Assembly (NCBI GenBank): GCA_030536355.1
Contig: JAUNQD010000002.1
Location: 920 to 64,919, forward strand
DNA from: Bacillota bacterium
GTDB taxonomy: Bacteria > Bacillota > Clostridia > Peptostreptococcales > Anaerovoracaceae
DNA: 64,000 bases
Reading direction: 5' to 3'
Below are positions 56,842 through 64,000 of this stretch, piece after piece. Position 1 is the stretch's first letter; the number at the start of each line of letters is the position of its first letter. Below the pieces are notes generated by a model. The model was not told where the DNA came from. It searched no databases and was given only the letters and a program-made list of their open reading frames with translations. A program made the translations under genes and the position numbers.

Positions 56842-57711
56842 CTATTTTTGTGCCTCTGCTCCGGCAACGATTTCTATTATTTCATCTGTGATGGCCGCCT
56901 GACGTGCTCTATTGTAATTAAGTGAAAGCTTATCAAGCATTTCTCTGGCATTATCAGTGGCGTTTTCCATGGCCATCCTTCGTGCAGCATGTTCGCATGT
57001 GGCTGATTCTACAACTGCTGCATGTATCATCATCTCAACGTATTTTGGTATCAAGTAGTTGAACACCTCTTTGACCGATGGTTCATATTCCACTTGTTTA
57101 TTGTGCTTCAGGATCTCAGGGTCGTGTTCCACTTCAAATGGAAGAAGGGTGATATTTCTCACTTCCTGTTCCATCGAACTTATGAAAGCAGTATATATCA
57201 AAACCACTTCATCGATCTCGCCCTTGTTATACATTTCGATGATAGGCCTGCTCATCTCTCTTGTCTCTAGGAAGGATATATTTTCCGGAGGGGCCAAGTA
57301 ATCGTCAAATACGTTATATCCTCTCTTCTCGAAATATTCCTTGCCTTTGGTCCCTATCGCCAGAATGACCGGTTCTTCCCAGTCAGAGTCGATTTCTCTC
57401 TGAGCCTCCTTGAGTACATTGCTATTGAATCCTCCGCAAAGGCCTCTGCAGCTGGTTACCACTATATAACATGTAGTCTTGATCTCTCTGTTCCCCTCAA
57501 GATATTCCGAAGGGACATCATCAGGATGGCTGTTGAATATTTCAGCTATTGTATGAGTGATGTAGTGTGAGTTTTCATTTGTTTTTTCAAATATGGCTTT
57601 AGCTTTTCTGAGCTTCCCTGCTGACACAAGCTTCATAGCATTTGTTATATGCTCAGTACTGGTTACACTTTTTATTCGACGTTTTATGTCTTGCATGCTT
57701 TCTACTGCCAA
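56842..57711 (-). CDS. atpG: F1 gamma subunit
   Basis: ITNAMKLVS, GLCGGFN, NRARQAAITDEI. Confidence 0.97.
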   Translation of the reverse strand: MAVESMQDIKRRIKSVTSTEHITNAMKLVSAGKLRKAKAIFEKTNENSHYITHTIAEIFNSHPDDVPSEYLEGNREIKTTCYIVVTSCRGLCGGFNSNVLKEAQREIDSDWEEPVILAIGTKGKEYFEKRGYNVFDDYLAPPENISFLETREMSRPIIEMYNKGEIDEVVLIYTAFISSMEQEVRNITLLPFEVEHDPEILKHNKQVEYEPSVKEVFNYLIPKYVEMMIHAAVVESATCEHAARRMAMENATDNAREMLDKLSLNYNRARQAAITDEIIEIVAGAEAQK

Positions 57712-57752
57712 AACTCACACCTCCTTTCTTCCTTTCTTGATCTGTGAGCTGA

Positions 57753-59811
<2,059 letters not shown>

Positions 59812-59824
<13 letters not shown>

Positions 59825-60318
59825 CCTGTACTCCTCGCCTGTTTGATAACTTCATCAACGATAGCTTCCTGACCCACTCTCTGGATTTCCTGCTCTACGA
59901 TTTTCTCAGCAGCCATCATAGCAAGAACTGCTATTTCCTGACGCATATCTTCCATAGCCTTTTCTTTTTCACGCTCTATAGTACGCTCTGCCTTAGCAAT
60001 GATATCGGAAGCCTTTTGCTGTGCTTCGGCAACAATATCCGCAGCCTGGGCATCAGCCCTTTGCTTAGCTTCTCTGATGATTTCACGGCCTTCTTCCTCA
60101 ACTCTGGCTATGCGTTTATTATAGTTATGCATCTTTTCATCTGCTCTTCTATTGGTCATTTCAGCATTATCAAGTGCGTCCTTGATGGACTGTTTTCTGT
60201 TATCCATCATTTCGATGAACGGTTTATACAGGAACTTAGCCAGTGCACCTACCAAGATGAGAAAGTTGATCAGATAAAATATGAATTCTGTCAAGCTTAT
60301 TCCTAATGCTTCAACCAT
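59812..60318 (-). CDS. atpF: Fo b subunit
   Basis: N-terminal TM INFLIL..KFLYKP then coiled coil. Confidence 0.93.
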
Positions 60319-60367
60319 TTTCCCGCCTTCCTTCCATTAACGATCTGTTAGCAACTCTCCCGAAACT

Positions 60368-60619
<252 letters not shown>

Positions 60620-60651
60620 TTATCGTAATAAGATTTGATATTAATACTTTA

Positions 60652-61326
60652 TTAAAGATGGTCCTCTTCAGGGCAGGCCTCTTTGATATAAATGGCTGCC
60701 AAAAGAGAAAACACCAACGCCTGTACAAGACCCATCAGCACGCTGAGTGCCTGCATGACTACCGGAAGACCTATCGGCACCAGGTCAAAGAATGAAGCCG
60801 TTACCGTATGTTCTCCGAATATATTTCCATAAAGCCTCAATGTCAATGAGACAGGTCTTACAATTTCTTCTATGATCATCAAAGGCAGCAGAAATGCGAA
60901 CGGCTGTAGCAAATGTTTAAAATAGCTTACGCCGTGATGTTCCTTGATGCCTATGATCTGTGTTGCAAAGAACACTATTATCGCCATCGCCGCAGTACAG
61001 TTTATGGATCCGGTCGGCGCGTCAAGCCCATTGACGTGTCCGGCTCCGGGCAGCAGCCCCGAATAATTGGCTATCAAAATGTAAATGAACAATGTAGCTA
61101 TCAAAGGGAAATACTGTCTGCACGTCTTGCTTCCCATGATGCCGGAAAAGAAATTCAGCAAGCTCTCTATTGCCCATTCAAGGAAATTCTGAAGTCCTGC
61201 CGGTATAGTCTGCATGCGCTTACCGGCATAAATAGATATTCCACACAACAGTACCGTGATGCCCAGGCTTGTAATCATTCCATTGGTTATTCCTATGGAA
61301 TTCAATGCCTCTATCACTGCATTCAT
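60652..61326 (-). CDS. atpB: Fo a subunit
   Basis: RPVSLTLRLYGNIFG, VQALVFSLLAAIYI; start moved to 61326 on AGGAGG RBS. Confidence 0.95.
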   Translation of the reverse strand: MNAVIEALNSIGITNGMITSLGITVLLCGISIYAGKRMQTIPAGLQNFLEWAIESLLNFFSGIMGSKTCRQYFPLIATLFIYILIANYSGLLPGAGHVNGLDAPTGSINCTAAMAIIVFFATQIIGIKEHHGVSYFKHLLQPFAFLLPLMIIEEIVRPVSLTLRLYGNIFGEHTVTASFFDLVPIGLPVVMQALSVLMGLVQALVFSLLAAIYIKEACPEEDHL

Positions 61327-61334
61327 ACCTCCTT

Positions 61335-61634
61335 TCACCTGTCTTCCTTCTTCTTTTGCCCCACTGACAGAACTTTATTCATCAGCGTCAAAGCAACGGC
61401 CGTTCCTATAAGAAATGCTATGCCGTCAAAAGGAACGATATTTCTGAGAAAGAAAACTATGATCAATGTAACAATGTTTGTTATATTGCTGGCGAGCATT
61501 CTCCCGTAGAGGGCACCTGCTTCTCCATCGAAGTTTTCTTTAAGCAAATAATTTCCCCATATGAAACGATTTTTAAGAGCTCCTACCAAGGCGCCCAATA
61601 CGAGGCCCGCGACCGCTCCTATAACATAAGTCAT
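61335..61634 (-). CDS. AtpI-like small membrane protein
   Basis: 99-aa hydrophobic ORF first in the atp operon; call is from position. Confidence 0.6.
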   Translation of the reverse strand: MTYVIGAVAGLVLGALVGALKNRFIWGNYLLKENFDGEAGALYGRMLASNITNIVTLIIVFFLRNIVPFDGIAFLIGTAVALTLMNKVLSVGQKKKEDR

Positions 61635-61720
61635 TTCAAAATTTCTCCTCTCGCCTATTGTTACTATTATACACCCAATTTAATTTAATTGCGAATAATT
61701 TTACGAAAATTTAGTAAATT

Positions 61721-61763
61721 AAAAGCGACTATTTACCTATATATAAGCATAGCCGCCTTTTTT
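61721..61763 (-). terminator. Probable terminator after MATE gene
   Basis: AAAGGCGGCUAU/AUAGUCGCUUUU imperfect stem on minus strand. Confidence 0.5.
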
Positions 61764-61790
61764 GATTATCAATACAATTTTGCTGTATAT

Positions 61791-63164
61791 TTATATGCCT
61801 TTTATCACATTGTTGAGCCATTTTTTACTCAAATATCGTTTAGTGAGGATAATCCCCTTTACCAGTTCTTCAGATTTTACCGCCAGAAGCGCGAAATATA
61901 CCGGCCAGCCGAAATACAAAGATGTTATGAAGGCTGCAGGAACTCCGATCAGCCACACAGTGCCCACTTCTGTGAACATGGCAAACCTAGTATCGCCACC
62001 ACATCTAAGTGTACCTGTGATATGGATACCATTATAGAGATTGAGCCACATCAGCGCTCCATAGATGATCAGGATCTTCATGGCTGCATCCGCACCTTCT
62101 TCGGTAAACTCAAATAACGAAAGAAGCGGTTCCCCTGCAGCGATAAGGCCTACGCCTGCGATGGCACCTATGATAAGCCCTGCTACGACCATTTTCTTCG
62201 ACATCTCATAAGCAAGTTCCGGCTTGCCTTCGCCCAGTTTCTGACCGACCAGGATCAGCACGGCATCGCCCACGCTGAATGCCGCCAAAGAGAACATATT
62301 ACTTATAGTATTACATGCCTGTATCGCTGCTCCTGCAGTTATGCCTATTCTTGCAAAAGCCGCCACATACAGAGACGTTCCAAGCCCCCACATCGTTTCA
62401 TTTATTGTGGTAGGCAGGGCATTCTTAACGATCCTCATAGCCAACTCTTTACCGTAGCTGAAGTATTCCGAAAGCTTGCCTGCCACGATATTTTTTCGTC
62501 CGAATACGATAAACAGTATTATAGACATTTCAACGAATCTAGCTATTGATGTGGCCAACGCAGCACCCTGAACTCCGAGTGCCGGGGCGCCGAACTTTCC
62601 GAATATGAAAACGTAATTGAGAAATGTATTGAGTACCAAAGCCGTAACACTGGCATACAGCGGTAGTTTCGTCTGCTGCGTAGCTCTAAGTGCGACTGTA
62701 AACGGCTGCGTTATGGCCAGAAACAAGAAGCATGGAGCACCTGTCCTGATATACACTACACCCAACTCGATGACTTCAGGGAATCTTGTGAATATGCGCA
62801 GCACATATTCCGGAAACACCATTCCCACAAAGAAAAACATCAGGCCTATCCCGCCTGCAACAGTGAGGCCGAAGCCTGTTGTTTTCTTTATGCTCTTCAT
62901 ATCGCCTACTCCATAGAACTGCGATATGAATGTGGCTGTTCCGCTGGTAAACCCAAACAGTAGCATCCAGTTGATGAAAAACAACTGAACTGAAACCCCT
63001 ACGGCATTCAGTTCAAGTTCTCCCAAACTTCCTACCATCAAGTTATCTATAAGGCTCAAGCTGGAAGCAATAAGGCTCTGCGCAGCAATAGGCAGAGCCA
63101 ATTTTCCCATCATTCTCATCAGATCTCTATTTTTAATTGTATTGAGATTTTCTGAAGATGACAT
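61791..63164 (-). CDS. MATE family efflux transporter
   Basis: LALPIAAQ, DNLMVGSLG, FGAPALGVQGAALAT, LRCGGDT. Confidence 0.92.
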   Translation of the reverse strand: MSSSENLNTIKNRDLMRMMGKLALPIAAQSLIASSLSLIDNLMVGSLGELELNAVGVSVQLFFINWMLLFGFTSGTATFISQFYGVGDMKSIKKTTGFGLTVAGGIGLMFFFVGMVFPEYVLRIFTRFPEVIELGVVYIRTGAPCFLFLAITQPFTVALRATQQTKLPLYASVTALVLNTFLNYVFIFGKFGAPALGVQGAALATSIARFVEMSIILFIVFGRKNIVAGKLSEYFSYGKELAMRIVKNALPTTINETMWGLGTSLYVAAFARIGITAGAAIQACNTISNMFSLAAFSVGDAVLILVGQKLGEGKPELAYEMSKKMVVAGLIIGAIAGVGLIAAGEPLLSLFEFTEEGADAAMKILIIYGALMWLNLYNGIHITGTLRCGGDTRFAMFTEVGTVWLIGVPAAFITSLYFGWPVYFALLAVKSEELVKGIILTKRYLSKKWLNNVIKGI

Positions 63165-63190
63165 TTATATCTACTCTTTTCATTGATTTA

Positions 63191-64000
63191 TTATTTTCCG
63201 TTTTTGCTTTCTTTCTCTTTTAGCTCTTTTTTCTCGTTAGGGATCTTAACGCCCCTGACATTAACACTTCGATTGCTTGTATCAGAGAGCAGCACATATA
63301 TCAGCATTGCAGCTACAGCAAGGAGACCAATATACTCAACGGTAAACCCTCTGCTGTAAAGCACTGCAACTATCCCCATGATACCACTGATGCAATACAT
63401 CAGCATAACAGCTCTTCTCTGTCCGTAACCTGCCCTCATGATCCTATGATGTAAATGCTCCTTATCGGCAGTCCCTATTGACTGGCGTCTCAAAGTTCTT
63501 CTGATTATAGCCATCAAAGTATCAAAAATCGGAAGACCAAGTACAAGCGCCGGTATGATAACAACTACTATAGTTGTGCTCTTGACTGTTCCAAGTATTG
63601 AAAACGCAGCGATAGAAAATCCCAGAAGCTGCGATCCGCCGTCACCCATAAATGTCTTGGCCGGGTGGAAATTGTAAGGCAAAAATCCTAATGCCGCTCC
63701 CGCAACGACCATCATCGCCAAAGTTGGAATATACTGCCCATGGATATATGCCACATATCCTATACATAACGCTGATATCGCTCCTATACCTGCAGCTAGG
63801 CCATCAAGACCATCGATCAGATTCACAGCATTGGTGATAGCTACTATCCATAATACTGTAATAAGGAAACATGCGATATCTCCGAAAACCATGCTTCCTT
63901 CGCCAAAATAATTGGTGATAAATTCGATGCGTATGCCCTGCACAAACAAAGCAATAGCACATACCATCTGGCCGCCAAACTTGACTATCGGCTTAAGGTT
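63191..64000 (-). CDS. TagO/WecA-type undecaprenyl-phosphate GlcNAc-1-P transferase (MraY family; 5' end beyond window)
   Basis: NAVNLIDGLDGLAAG, YNFHPAKTFMGDGGS, PIFDT, DKEHLHH; frame stays open to 64000. Confidence 0.9.
   Translation of the reverse strand, partial: NLKPIVKFGGQMVCAIALFVQGIRIEFITNYFGEGSMVFGDIACFLITVLWIVAITNAVNLIDGLDGLAAGIGAISALCIGYVAYIHGQYIPTLAMMVVAGAALGFLPYNFHPAKTFMGDGGSQLLGFSIAAFSILGTVKSTTIVVVIIPALVLGLPIFDTLMAIIRRTLRRQSIGTADKEHLHHRIMRAGYGQRRAVMLMYCISGIMGIVAVLYSRGFTVEYIGLLAVAAMLIYVLLSDTSNRSVNVRGVKIPNEKKELKEKESKNGK

Overview
Core-genome segment of a low/mid-GC anaerobic Firmicute (gene content and order suggest Clostridia, possibly Anaerovoracaceae/Family XIII; this is inference). 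Left end: S10-spc ribosomal protein operon on the minus strand (rpsJ to partial rplE) with promoter and long structured leader. Middle: nucleoside/PfkB kinases, a PC4-like ssDNA-binding protein, an aminotransferase, trmB-ecfTA2A1-aroD, an ECF S component with a divergent MocR/PdxR-type regulator, YfhO plus GT2 glycosylation genes, apbE/NusG-II, a probable ~6.8 kb accessory block (Nik/Opp-type ABC importer with an unexplained structured leader, a lipoprotein, a PD-(D/E)xK-like protein), a Gx transporter, aconitase-icd-GntR, ThrE pair, Mrp, a GidA-like/PyrK-like redox pair split by an NhaC-family transporter, dacB-scpB-scpA, putrescine aminotransferase, DUF368, radical SAM and a G-domain-less FeoB. 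Right end: trimeric group A3-type [FeFe]-hydrogenase with a Rex-like operator, converging on an F1Fo ATP synthase operon extended by a TM1266-family regulator and an AEC transporter, then MATE and partial TagO/WecA. No rRNA, tRNA, CRISPR array, integrase or transposase was seen. Best leads: the ABC-operon leader (riboswitch/attenuator candidate), twin inverted-repeat elements and a 13-bp direct repeat at the accessory block edges, a MocR lacking its PLP lysine, a PC4 protein with an SSB-like acidic tail, and the truncated FeoB. All family calls are from motif recognition, not database searches; several starts were moved from the ORF track on RBS evidence.
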